The notes under the pieces were generated by a model that did no database searches, was not told where the DNA came from, and saw nothing but the letters and a program-made list of their open reading frames with translations. Positions 1 through 12,934 of a DNA stretch of 55,066 nt are shown one piece after another. Source of the DNA: Neolecta irregularis DAH-3 (Eukaryota). The stretch is taken from the NCBI GenBank assembly GCA_001929475.1, contig LXFE01000122.1, positions 1 through 55,066 on the forward strand, read 5' to 3'. Each line of letters begins with the position of its first letter. Positions within the stretch are counted from its first letter, which is position 1. The translations under genes were made by a program, and so were the position numbers.

Positions 1-2272
1 AACAACACCACCACCGATGCTCCTTCGCGCCTGTTCGATGAAAACACCCCCTTTTCTGTTACAAGCACCTCATCAGAGCCATTTCCTCCAATATCAGAGC
101 CTCTGTCTACTACCCATGCAACTGCTGACGGCCCCGCCTTCTCTCTTCCCGTGTCCACAAACCTCCTTGACATCCAGGCTCTCTGTCTTAGCCCCGTAGG
201 TTCTCCCCCAGAAAAGTCCCTTTCCATCCAAGACGCCCAGGACAAATCGTCGCGCAAATCCAGCCAGAGTCTGAGGTTGTTTCAAGGTTCAAAGTCGAGG
301 CCTAAGCAGCCTCCAGATGGCCTTTCATCTACCCACGAGAGTACCGGCACCGTGGCGTCTGCCACATACTTTCCGCACCGCTCAAATGACAATGGAACTT
401 CTGTATCTGTATCTGTGGAGGATGACTCTGACCACGCGTCCGAGTCTGAATCCGAGGATGACACGGGTCTCGTGTCTCTAGCTACAAGTCCAAGAGCTGT
501 TCTATTAAAGTATGTAACCTGTTCAAAAAATACGACATTTGTTGTTCTGAATCTTGCGTCGCACGACATCTCGTTTTCTTTGACCTCAATGATGAAATGT
601 ATGCTAATCCGCTAGGCCGTTTGAGTCACAGGTGGGTGGACACACTGCATTATTTCGGTTCTCCAGAAGAGCAGTTTGCAAGCCTCTCGCTAAGCGCGAG
701 AATGAGTTTTATGAAATTGTCGAAGGACGTCATCGAGAATTACTCCCGTTCATTCCTCGATACATTGGCGTCTTGAACGTCAACCATAAACTTGAAGATG
801 AACTGAATACTCCGACACCCGGCAATCATTCTGTCCCGCCAACGCGATATGGCACGCCTCTGCCCGAAGTGGTTTTCGAGCAAAACAAACATATTATTCC
901 TTCCTCAATGCTCGGTTCCGAGAGAAAGGATTCCGGGACTCGATGGGGCGCCACCAGAATCAACAGCCAGCTCCAAGAACAAGTCTTGCGCGAAGTTTTC
1001 GCCCCCCTGTCAGAGCGAAAACCAATCAAACGCAAGAAGCTTGCTCGATATCTGTGTGACGAGACCAAGAGTGCGAGCACAATGGACCTCACCAGTCCTA
1101 AATTCGCTACATCTGCCGAATCACGACAGTCAAACCTTCTCCAGAAGCCGCGTCTCCATCAGAGACGATTCAGCTCCAATGAGGTGTTTGAAGATGAAAG
1201 CGAAAGGCGTGGGGATGACATGGGTGTCTTTGCAATGGACGATGAGACCGTACCGCAGCGTGAGAGATCTGCAAAAGCTCAAAATAGCCGAATATCATCA
1301 GCTCTGGATGTACCTCCAGCTGCCAAACCACGCCAAGAAATCACCTGGGCCCAGAGATGCTGGGAGCTGGAACGTGCAAAAAAAGCCAGTCAAACACTGC
1401 CCACTAATAATGGGAAACCAAAAACGTGGTTGGAACGTTTCATTCTTATCGAGGACCTTACAGCCGGAATGAACAAACCCTGTGTTCTCGATCTAAAGAT
1501 GGGGACTCGCCAGTATGGTATCAATGCTGCCGAGCAGAAGAAGAGCAGTCAACGCCGAAAATGTGCATTGACTACCAGCCGGCAGCTTGGAGTACGTGTA
1601 TGCGGCATGCAGGCAAGTAACGTTGTACGTCGTCTACTAACTATGCAGGTCTGGAATAAACATGCACAAAAGTACAAGTTTCAAGATAAATACTTTGGGC
1701 GAGATCTAAAGGCCGGAGCAGAATTTCAATCTGCATTGACGAGGTTCCTTCATGATGGAACTCCGCCTGACACCAAAGGCGATGCGAAGACGATGAACCC
1801 TAAAGGTGTTCTTGCTCATCACATTCCAAATATTCTTCGAAAGCTCAGTTCTCTGGAAAAGATCATTAAAGGACTTCGAGGTTATCGATTTTATGCTAGC
1901 AGTCTTCTCTTGCTTTACGATGGGGAGCCCAAGGAAGGAGAGAAATCAGAGATTCGGATCAAGATTGTTGATTTTGCTCATTGTGTCACGGCGGCTGATA
2001 GACTCGATGCTGCTGCTGCGCCGCCAAAACATCCAGATGACTGTGATCGCGGGTATCTGCGGGGGCTGAGGACGCTGCGTGTCTACTTTCAAAAGTAAGA
2101 TTCTAGGACTGGGGATTTGCTGCTTACCAACAGAATATGGAGGGAAGTTACAGGATTGGGGGAGATTGAACGAGGTTCTGGGGAGGAGCTGAGCAGCTGG
2201 GGATTCCGTGATGTCATTGACGAGATGGGGCCTATTGAGATTCCGGGTGACGATGGGTATGTGTCTGTTTGA
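1..2272 (+). CDS. KCS1: Inositol hexakisphosphate kinase (IPK family), 5'-partial
   Basis: Motifs PFESQVGGHTALFRF, PCVLDLKMGTRQYG, FYASSLLLLYDG, IVDFAH. Frame is open from base 1. Introns 510-615, 1613-1648 (GC-AG), 2095-2133; stop TGA 2270-2272. Confidence 0.92.
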
Positions 2273-2499
2273 GGGACAAGTCGGGGTGTAAATATGGTTG
2301 TTTGCCTTGCAGTTGGTATCAGGTGCTTGTATGATTTACGCGGCATGATAAAGGATAAATTGGTTGCAGGACATTCCAGGAGGGACGCAAAGGAGGTGGC
2401 ACCTTTTCACATGCCGTGAATGCCCTTTGTTTTCTTTCCTTGTTCAGTATGCTATCTGCCAGTATTTCTCCGTATATGGTTATGTACTAATTAATTGTT

Positions 2500-2835
2500 T
2501 ACAGTACCTACGCTACTCATTTTAACTTTCTACATGTATCTACTTTTAACTTGTACACTCTCTAGTTGTATCTACTTGTTCCCCACTTTATTCCACTAGT
2601 CGACTCCACTGCTCCACTCTCTTGTAGTCGTACTCTACTAATACTCTACTCTGTTTGCACTCTGCTCGTTCAGGCTCTGCTCTAGTCGCATTCCATTCTA
2701 GCTGTACTACAGCCTGGTGTTGCTACATTCCGACTGCAGTCCGCTAGTCGCTACTCGTACTCCGCTCTATTTAGCCCTGCATTTTCATTCTTCCACGCTC
2801 AATTCACTGTCTATCCGATCCTGCTCGACTCCTAT
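2500..2835. repeat. Degenerate pyrimidine-rich pentamer-like low-complexity tract (CTACT/CTGCT/CCACT/CTAGT)
   Basis: Recurrent ctact/ctgct/ccact/ctagt units between KCS1 and APP1. Confidence 0.5.
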
Positions 2836-2839
2836 CCGT

Positions 2840-4554
2840 ATGAAGATCCCGTCCTTTATAATTGAGATGCCGCCACCCGCGGCCTTTCCTCCAGCTCCCC
2901 CGTCTCCCTTATCCCACATCTTTCGCCGCTCCTTCTCTGCTCTCCAGCCGCCCTCTCTGTCCCTCGGCACTCCCCGCCGCTCCTTCTCAGACGACTCAGA
3001 CTCGGATTGCCATTCTGTTTCTGATCCGCAGGAACTTGTGCTGTTTCCATCCTATGCCTACTCCGCTCCCCACAGCCGTGTGTTGCCTTGTGTATACTGT
3101 CCTGACTCGCCAGCTGCAGAACTCCATGTCCATGTCCATGGCTGGATATACGCCTCGCCCCGTGCCACAGACTTTACCCGCAAACACAGACTGCTCATGG
3201 GTCTTGCCCGCCAGATCGCCGGTCTCCCTTCGCTTTCTCCTACAGACGACAGTTTCTTCTCTGCAAACGACCTCGGCTCTCCCAAGGGAAAATCCGTGCC
3301 AGCCCTGTCAGAGTCCGCTCCCTTCTCTCCCCGCCCAAGAAACTCCCTCGTCTTTAGGCGCCAGCCCACCTTGCCCAGATACGAACGCTACTTCCCAAAC
3401 ACCTCTTTGGACGTGCTTCATTCAAACCTCACAGAACGGATATTACCAGTTATTTCCCAACCGGTTGTCAGCCGTCAAGTCTTGATCCAGCTTATAGGCC
3501 ATCCTTCGGGACACATTCTCAAAGAAGAGACAATCGAGACAGATGATCGCGGTCACTTTAAAAGCACACTCGTGTTGGCTAGCCCCGCCGTGGAAAAGAT
3601 CACCATCCTCGCCCGGTCCTCGTCAGATCAGCAAAACCTCCTTGTCCAAGAATCATCCTGTTCTGTCGTCGCTGACAGGGGAATAAGTATCATCACAGAC
3701 GTCGATGATACCCTAAAGAAAAGTAATGTCACAGCGGGAAAGCGTGAGCTCTTTCGAAATGTCTTTTTGCGAGACCATGCAGAAGTTCAGATACAAGGCG
3801 TCAAAGAATGGTTCAACGACCTCGCTAGTAAAGGCATTCATTTTCATTACGTCAGTAGCTCGCCTTGGCAAGTATGGCCTACAATGAGAGAATTCTTCAG
3901 AGAGGGAGAGTTGCCCAAAGGTGCAGTTATTTCATCCGAGGTTGACCAATAGGTTCTGTGCATTTAAAACTGTACACTGGAGTCCTTTCCGGTCTATGGC
4001 AACCGGCTATGGAAAAGAAACGAGCTAATCTCGAATCGATATTCAACGATTTTCCCTATCGGCATTTCATTCTGAACGGTGATTCCGGCGAAAAAGATCT
4101 CGAAATATACACAGATATGGCGGTCAAATTTCCCAAACAAGTCCTTGCAATTATGATCCGTGATGTATCTACCTCTACACCGCAAGAATCTACATACCTC
4201 CGACCGGAGCCGTCTGATTCAAATCTATCCACAACCTCTGAAGACTCTATCTTTTCGGACTATTCCTCCCGCGAGAACCAAGTCCCGCTTTCACCAACTG
4301 ACCAATCGCCTTCAGATCCGCCTTCTGGTAGTAGTCTCTCACGAACCGATTCAGCTATATATAAATCTTTCCCCACTCCCCCTCGGAAAATCGAGAATTT
4401 TCAGCGTCGACTTTCGCGGTATCGACAGTTACTCAAACCTTTAAATGTTGATATACACATGTGGGAAACAGGAGTTGATGCCCAGCACATCTGTAACAAA
4501 ATAATCGAATCGAATCATTCAATCACCATGGATACAATCAAATCGTTAGAATAA
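2840..4554 (+). CDS. APP1: Phosphatidate phosphatase App1 family
   Basis: GISIITDVDDTLK (DxDxT), FHYVSSSPWQ, ILNGDSGEKDLEIY. A 32-nt intron at 3921-3952 restores LPKGSVHLK. Start codon uncertain (2840 or 2867). Confidence 0.88.
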
Positions 4555-4807
4555 GTATACCTAGAAGCATTTTTTCCCGAAAATATTTCCAATGCCTTGT
4601 TCCGTAATGAATGTTTGACTTTGATAACATAGACGCTCGAGCTTATGCTCATTATTTATTACTATTTATATAATATTAATCGTTGATTGGTCATTGACTT
4701 GGTTGTTCTAAAAGTCCATCCATTAAATTACAAAATAAATAATTTTATCAACAAGTTATCACTAATGTGTTATTTACACAACAATAAAACAAAAAAGGCC
4801 CCGGTAT

Positions 4808-7800
4808 CTATTTAAACTGCTCAAATATCCCTGTTTCATTGACATCAACTTCATTGCCATCAACCCATTTAATCAGAGGACATGCAGAAACAAGTAATGC
4901 CTTGTAAGCCTTCTTTTGAAACTGCCAATGTCTAGTCAACTTTGCGCAAAATGCTGCATCTCGACGGGTCCAATCATCTTGCTGATCCTTGTTCGTCGCC
5001 AAATTATATGCATCTCGATGGGAAGGGTGGTCCGTTATATTGTTGACAGGGGGGTAGAAACTTAGGGTAATCGGATTCATTCTTAAATCCACAACAGAAA
5101 GACTGGGCAATGTAACAAGCGTTTCCGCAACCTCACGCATACTCTTCAATCGATTTCCCACCAAAAACAACCGTTTGAGTTTCGGCAGATTCTGGAGAGA
5201 AGAAATATCTTTAATACTGTTGTATGAAAGATTTAGAATCCGGCAGTTAATAAGGGTTTGCGTGAGTTCAAGTGGTAGTGATGTTAATTTTACAGCGGCG
5301 AGTTCGAGGTATTGGAGATTATACAATTGTTGTGAGAAAGAGAAACCGGGAATTGTATTTCCTGAGAGAAACAAGCGTTTTGCATCAGCCACATGTCGCG
5401 ATTGCACCACGCTGAAGAATATTAGTAATATAGATAACAGTTTTTCATACATATCGGTTGATCCTGTTTGATCACGAATAGAAAAATTTTCAAGTTGCCG
5501 TAATAATTTTAATCCAGTGACATGGTTCAGACTATTGTCATCCAAGTACAACGTCCTCAAATTCAAAAACCACGAAGCGTCAAATTTGCTTAATTTATTC
5601 CTGCAAAGACGAAGTGTTCGCAGCCGATCCATTTTCTCAGGGACGCAGAATTGAACAAGTCGATTATCATCTAATAAGTTGTTCAGCACAGCCGGGGATC
5701 AGCGGCTTACCCAAGTGAAACGACATCAACGACCGCAAGCCTTCAACTCCAGTAATGGTCTCCAGTGCATTTACGGAAAGATCAAGCTCCTCCAAACGAG
5801 GCAATTTTGAGTGCGAAAAATCCAGACTTCTCAATTTATTGTTGCGCGCTTTGAGTTTGAGAAGACCATCGATTTGCATAATTCCTTCGAGATCGGCAAG
5901 TTTATTGTCATTTATGATTAGTTCGCGAAGGTGCACCAGAGTAGATAAAGCTGAAATGTCAAAATAGCCAATATCATCATCATAGTACCATTCACATTCT
6001 CCAAATCATTCCCGGTTAAATTAAGATATTGGATATTTCCAAGATGAGAAAAGCCCGTCAAGTCGGAAAGCCTGTCGACGTAAGCATATTTCATACAGAG
6101 ATATAATACCTGTTATTTTGAACTTTTAAAATTCTCAAAGTCGTTGGAACCCCAGTTAGAAATCCCACGGCATTGTCAGAGGCATCAAGGGATTCCAACT
6201 TTGGGCAAAAGTCAGATAACCTGACCAAACTGTCCAGTCGTCTTGCAGATAAATTGAGTTCCGTCATTCGTTCCCAATGAGGTTCATATGGTTCGACGTC
6301 GGTCAGATGTCTGACCATAGCGCCCACAGCAATCGAAAAACTACAATCCATAGACATTGTAGAAATATCATGATTGCTGTAATTGAAAGGCGTTGGATGA
6401 TCAGGCGGAAGATTGACTTCGAACGTGACTGATTTCGCTGGAGTAATAAGAGGGTGAAGAGCAGCAGATCCCCTTTGTTTGGGCGAAAGGTTAGTTAAGT
6501 GTCCAGAGGATGTCGAATGTGTAGAGCCTGCAGCTTTGGCGATCTCTTCTTCCCGAAAGCTGGTGAGACTACCAAAAGTAGGACGGATTCGATCAACATC
6601 TGCAAGAGTCTGACTTGCCCGGCGACTTCGGATTTCTTGTCGATTCAAACCATCATCAAAAGATCGTTGACTTCCAATGCGTTCCATAGGTGCACCAAGA
6701 GAAATTTGGTTACTATTCGCTCTAGTTAACAATGGTCGTGTCTCAAACAAAGAACTCCCTATAGGACTGCTGATTGATCGCGAAAACGATGGGCGGACAA
6801 TGATTGGGCTTGCTATACCTTCTGGAACATCTGTTATTGTCACTGCAGTCGGGGGCCTTGACATCATTGAAGCTGATGGCAATGGGAGATTCAATGCCTT
6901 CACCCTATCGTCGCGGGTTTCTTGCGAATAAACGGAACCGGTACTTTTAGACTGGTCAAACTTGATGAATCTAGAAGCTTTTTCAGTGGTTGCAGTCGAC
7001 CCGGTGGTCGGTCGTGATGAAACTGGTAGTGCGATGAACGACAGTTCGTGAGCACGGTCGATCTTCTTGTCGCTAGCAGAGAACACATCGGCCGGTGAGT
7101 GCTGTAGTGTTTGTATTTCATCACCATCATCGCTAACAACAAGATCTTCAATATCTTTGAAGACATCTTCTTCATCTTCGATAACATTGGACACCCATCT
7201 CATTTTTCGGCGATCAAAGGTCATTCCATTAACGGTTTCTTCAAGAGGAAGATCAGTCGGTCGAAGTAATTGAGGCTGGTCAGAGGAAGGCCGAACTTCT
7301 AAGCTATCATTTCTTTGAGCATTTCGATAATCTGACACGTTCGACACGTTCGAACAATCGCTAAATGCAGACTGACCACTGATTAGGCGTTGATTAAATC
7401 GTAAACTATGCGGCTCCAGTCGCTTGAACTCTAGTTCGTCTTCTTCTTCCAGAATATTCAATCGATTTTGTCCTCTAATCATACCCATAACTTCTTCTGC
7501 CTGCATCAGAAAGTCTTCTGTAGTGACACTTCCGGTTCGTCTGTCGGCTCTATTCTTTGGTCTTTTGGGAGTTCTTTGGAGATAGGTCGGATCAACGCCA
7601 GAATGATCGTTCTCAATATTCATTTGGGAAACGAGTTCAGTCAATCGACTGTTTGTAAAAGTGTCATAGCTTTTTTGAAAAAGTTTGAGAGGACTTTTGG
7701 CCGGAACCGATATGGATTTTTGAGGGGGCGTGATTGGTCTATCGGGAGCATTGAATGTGAATGGGTGATACTCTTCGTAGAATGCGACGGTCCTTTTCTT

Positions 7801-8371
7801 GTCGGAATCTCCATTGTCGAGTGATTTGCGGCATCTTGTAATGACAACACCTTGTTGAAGATCCGTAGTTGTGTCCGATGACACTATTGCTTTGGCCGTT
7901 GACTGTATTTGTCCAATTGGACTAATGCCCACTCCGATATTTTCAAGGCCTCGAGGTAAGCCTCGTAGGGTGGACGTTGCCGGGAATGCTTTGGGGGACT
8001 CGCTCAGTCTCTCGCTTAGCATTTAAGAACAAAACATGAGCATACAGCTTTCTCTTCGGAGGCTGACGAAACATCTGCTCCAATGGTAAAGGGCTGAACA
8101 CGGTTTTAATTGGTTTCGTCTTCCAGTCGAGCTTATCCTGGAGGGTCGTGGTAATACGCTCTTGGAGGATTTTGACGGTATGAACTTCCTCTGTCGTCTT
8201 CTCAGTTGTTTCTGGGCGCAGTAAGGGATTGGGTATTGGAGAGTGGAATTGGAGATCTTGACTGATCCATTCCTCCGAGAGCTCTGTACAGAGCCAATTA
8301 AGCCCGCTGTTGTTCCCATCGCCAGAGCCGATCACGGACGCGATATCCGTACGGTCGCCGTGTATTTCCAT
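4808..8371 (-). CDS. cdc11: Septation-initiation/mitotic-exit network LRR scaffold (Cdc11/Nud1-like)
   Basis: N-terminal WLCTELSEEW motif, central GMTFDRRKMRWV, C-terminal leucine-rich repeats with LRRcap (LDLRMNPIT). Five short introns. Confidence 0.8.
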
Positions 8372-8751
8372 GGGAGGATCTCTGGTAACAGCCTCGGTTA
8401 TGAATTTATTCTGGTGGTTTACTAGGGCGTGCTTTGCGTTGATGGTTTGTTTATGTCTGCCTTGGTCAAATCGCAACTACATTCGACGGAACAAAAACAG
8501 CCATTGTCTTATCTACTACGTAGCTAGATTTCGTAGTATTTGCTACTGCACAAACACCAGTTGTAACTCTGTCTAGAACAAATGGGAGAGCCAAACAAGT
8601 ATTTTTTGGCCAATTCCCAGACGCTATATATATGCTAATTCCAGAGAATATCACTAAACGGGGACTAGCTATGATGTTCAGGCTATTTATTTAAAGTCCA
8701 CTTCAGTTAAGAAACCAAAGGATGAAACAAAGAAACATAAAACATAAAAAC

Positions 8752-9671
8752 ATGCCAAAATTTTTGCTCCTCCTCTATCTCATCGGGACAACTATTGCCT
8801 TCACCGCTATGGATTTCAGCGACCCCACAGCCGCACTCGACATCACCAAATTGCGATACAGTTTAAATCGATTGGAGGATACCATCATCTTCCAATTGAT
8901 CGAGAGAGCCCAGTTTCCTGCCAATAACAAAATCTACCAGCCAGGAGCAATTCCAATTCCAGAATTCAGTGGCTCCTTTCTCGAGTATTTTCTGCATCAA
9001 ACCGAGTCATGTTATTGTCGTGTTCTAGTCCTTCAATAGACTGACATATTAGCATTGGTTCGCCGTTACCAGTCCCCGGCTGAGTATCCGTTCACCCTGA
9101 ATCTTCCGAATCCAATTCTACCGCCCTTGCATTTCCCACAGATCCTCCATCAGAATGATGTCAATGTCAACAGCAAAATTTTGGACTTTTACACTAAAGA
9201 AATTGTCCCTGAAATTTGTACTCCTGAATTCATAGAGTCCACTCTTGGCTCAAGCGCCGTAGCTGATGTTGAATGTCTTCAAACTATTAGTTATCGCATC
9301 CATTTAGGTACAAGAAACCCTTTGGCGGGGTTTGACTTGTAAGGAAAATTCGTTGCTGAAGCCAAGTATCTTGCAGATCCTGATACGTTTAATCCACTGA
9401 TCAAAAATCGAGACACCAAGGCATTAGAGGACTTGATTACTGCACCAAAGGTAGAGGCACAAGTTTTGAAGAGACTCGCCTCGAAAGCAAAGGCATACGG
9501 GCAGTTAGAGTGTGACGGTTGCCCGGTCGAAAATAAATTAAATGTGAGTGCTGTTATTTCCATGTACACCCGGCATATAATCTCCTTGACCAAACTTGTA
9601 GAGGTACGTATAATATTGCAGCGATATTTAACCATTGTTAGGTTGATTATCTGTTACAAAGACTTGATTGA
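8752..9671 (+). CDS. ARO7: Chorismate mutase (eukaryotic AroQ) with N-terminal signal-peptide-like extension
   Basis: LRYSLNRLEDTIIFQLIERAQF, RIHLGKFVAEAK, TKLVEVDYLLQRL. Introns 9017-9052, 9308-9343, 9604-9641. Conventional MDFS start at 8809; in-frame upstream ATG at 8752. Confidence 0.93.
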
Positions 9672-9832
9672 TGGGTTTAAAGAGAGTTTTCTGGCAAGAG
9701 GTGATATATTTTTCCCAGTTGAATGGTGGGAGAGATGGGTCAGTCCATAGTTCCAAGTGTTTTACAAGCCTTCTCTTTATTTATTTATAGCCTAACCTGG
9801 TGTGCTCCATGGGACTACCATAATTCTAGCAG

Positions 9833-11263
9833 CTACTCACGTTCTTGCCTTGCAGCTTGTTCTTCCTTTTCCAGCCTCTTTAAATCTTTGATTCCTAGAT
9901 CATCTTCTTGTTCTGGAGTGCGTTCCTTCAGTAAGTTTGACCATGAAAGAAGAGATGATACGTACATAGTCCTCTATCTCCATATTCGGATCTTTATCTG
10001 GTGCATATGGATTTTGAAGATGTGATGCGGCCAGGGGATCGTCTAGAATAACTGTGAATTTTCGCTTCCCTTCCTCAGCTTCGCTCAGGCCTGCTAGGAA
10101 CGATTCCCAGCGAGCTTTCTTTTCTGGATCTGTAGAATCTGATTCTTGCGAATACACTCTGCCATATAGTTCTGAATGAACTTGTTTCAATAAACCTTCG
10201 AGTGTAGTAAATCGTCCGCCAAGAGTACCGGGATGAAGATCCAACCCCAATTCTGGTATTGTCAGAGCACAGGTTTCGCTCTATTCCATCAACCAGGAAT
10301 CTCTACCAATCTGAAACCTGCCTTCAAAATATCTCTATTGAGATCTTCGGCATCTTCCACCTTCAAAATGATCTTTCTAGCCTTATCTGGGATTGCACCA
10401 CCCGTTTTCACCTCGTTACTTCTATAGCCACAAGAATCACAGGTAGTGCTCATCAGCACAACTTCTTTGAAATGCGGAATATCGACCATCTTCATCCTAG
10501 TGTCGCAGTGATGTTCGCAGGAAGGACACTTAGCGTTAAACGTGTGAACTTCTTCGGGCATAATTTCATCAGTAGTTAGACCTAAAGCCTTATTTTGCTC
10601 GCTGCTTCTGATGTAATCAGACCGAGTGAGACCTTTGGAAGATTCTCCAGGCATATATTCAATCCAACTATTACCAGAAGGATCATCAAGTATTATCGTA
10701 TAGCGTCCATCTTGGATGAGTTTTCGACCGCGGCATAGAAATTCTTCTATTTGCTCATAGTTCTTCGGGTCTTGATGTTTCCTGAGAGTCTGTCCAGCTT
10801 CTAAGTCCTCTAGAGCGGTAGCTAAGAGACCCTCCACAGTGGTGAGTTGACCTCTTTGAGGCGGTATTTCGAGATCAAGCTCTGGAATTGTTGATGTACA
10901 TGTTTCGGATTTAACTATTTGACGGTTCAGATCTGTCTTGGAGGATGTGTTGAAGATAAACCGAGCGCCTTTCTCTTGTATGATCCCAGCATTTTTAATC
11001 TCTGAGTTTTTCAACCCTGTTACTTAGAGAACTACTGCAGTAGACTGTACCACAATGAGGACACTCAAAAGACATTAACACAACTTCACGAAAATAGGGA
11101 ATTCGTGTTAGCAGTAATTTTGTAGTTCCCTAATCAGTTAACAATCATTTTCTATGATTGTTGGTAAATTTTCGTGACAATTCATGCATAGACTCTCGAT
11201 CTCAGTAGGGTTCTCGCCGTCTGCAACGGTCTGTCCGACATCCTGGAAGAGTTCCTGGGCCAT
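9833..11263 (-). CDS. ZPR1: Zinc finger protein ZPR1
   Basis: Two ZPR1 modules: [38 protein letters not shown] and CPSC...CDSCGYRSNEVKTGG; LGGRFTTLEGLL. Four introns, including 11130-11167 (non-canonical) and 10281-10321 (GC-AG). Confidence 0.95.
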
Positions 11264-11341
11264 GGCGGGACTTCCAAAAATGCACACTATGTCTACAGGG
11301 TTTCTGTTTTGCTCGTGACCTCAACACCAACTGATCCCTAT

Positions 11342-12779
11342 ATGAGAGTAGCCTTTATCCACCCAGACCTTGGAATTGGTTCGCACTTGCTGTATTTATA
11401 CCCTTATGCGATTCAGGCGGTGCAGAGAGACTCGTTGTCGATGCCGCAGTAGGTCTACAAAACCGCGGCCACCTCGTCACCGTTTATACATCCTACTGCG
11501 ATAGGAATCATTGTTTTGACGAAGTAAAAGACGGTACGGGCAGGACTTGTCATACCAATTTATGCAAAAGGCTCACTACATGTCCGAGTTTTGGGCGACT
11601 CGATATTCCCGACAAACATCTCTGGTCGGTTTGCACTCCTGTGTGCAATTCTTCGACAAATCCATCTTGTGATCGCGTTTCTACTTGACGGGACCCAGTA
11701 CGATGTCGTTTTTGTCGACCAGCTTTCAACATGTATCCCGCTGTTGAAATTGAAACACAAGGTCAAGGTTTTATTCTATTGCCATTTCCCGGATAAACTC
11801 CTTTCCAAAAAGGAAGGTCTGCTCAAACGACTTTATCGTCTACCGTTGGACTGGGTTGAAGAGTTCACTACTGGATGCGCGGACGACATAGTCGTAAATA
11901 GTAACTTCACAGCTAGTATCTTTCACGCCTCGTTCACTTCTATTAAAAGAATTCCAAGAGTCTTATATCCAGGGGTTGACATACCATCAAAAATGACATC
12001 TTATAGCGGCTTGCTCTCTGCAATTCAACAGTACTGAAATTTGACACTGGTCTTCATACTTACCAGATAGAGAGAAGTCTATATTCCTTTCACTCAATCG
12101 CTTCGAACGCAAAAAGAATATCAGTTTAGCGATATCGGCATACGCATCTCTGAAATGTCCGTCGAAATTCCAAAAGACCATGCTCGTAATTGCCGGCGGG
12201 TACGATTCTAGAGTAGCGGAGAACGTGGAGTATCACAAGGAACTCGATACATTCGCAACGAGCCTGGGATTGATTACAAAGACAATAGAATCTAGTTCAC
12301 CGGAATTTGATCTCTCAGATATAAACGTCTTGTTTCTTCCCTCTGTTTCATCTTCTGACAAGGCGGCATTACTTGAACGAGCTTCACTTTTGCTATATAC
12401 TCCATCCTTTGAACATTTCGGGATTGTTCCTCTAGAAGCTATGCTCGCTTGTACCCCTGTCCTCGCAATCAACAATGGTGGTCCACTCGAGACGATAGAA
12501 CACAATGTAACTGGTTGGCTTCAGGAAGAATCGACAAAACAATGGTCGTTGGTAATGGAAAAAGTGTTGGAGATGAATGCAACTGAATTAGAAAAGATGG
12601 GCCAAATGGGTCGTGAGAGTGTAATGTCAAGATTTTCGAAAGGAAATATGGCCAGGCAACTTGAGGAGAATCTGCAGGACATGAAGGAGCGTCCAGCAAA
12701 AACAGATTGGGTATTCTATGCGGGTTTAGGTCTTTTCATTGCATTATCGGTCTTGCTTTTGATACAGGTAATTGCCTAG
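11342..12779 (+). CDS. ALG2: Alpha-1,3/1,6-mannosyltransferase (GT4)
   Basis: [61 protein letters not shown]. Introns 11379-11416, 11534-11570, 12031-12070. Confidence 0.95.
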
Positions 12780-12934
12780 ACGGTAATTCAAGCGCTTATT
12801 CCAAATTTTCAAATATATATTATACCTTACGGGCAAAAACAAAAGAATATTGCCTAAGCGCGTATTCCAAGAGGACCCAAGCTGTTTCGCCGAAAGAACA
12901 TAAATTAACTCTTACAATATGATCCATCCTAGTA

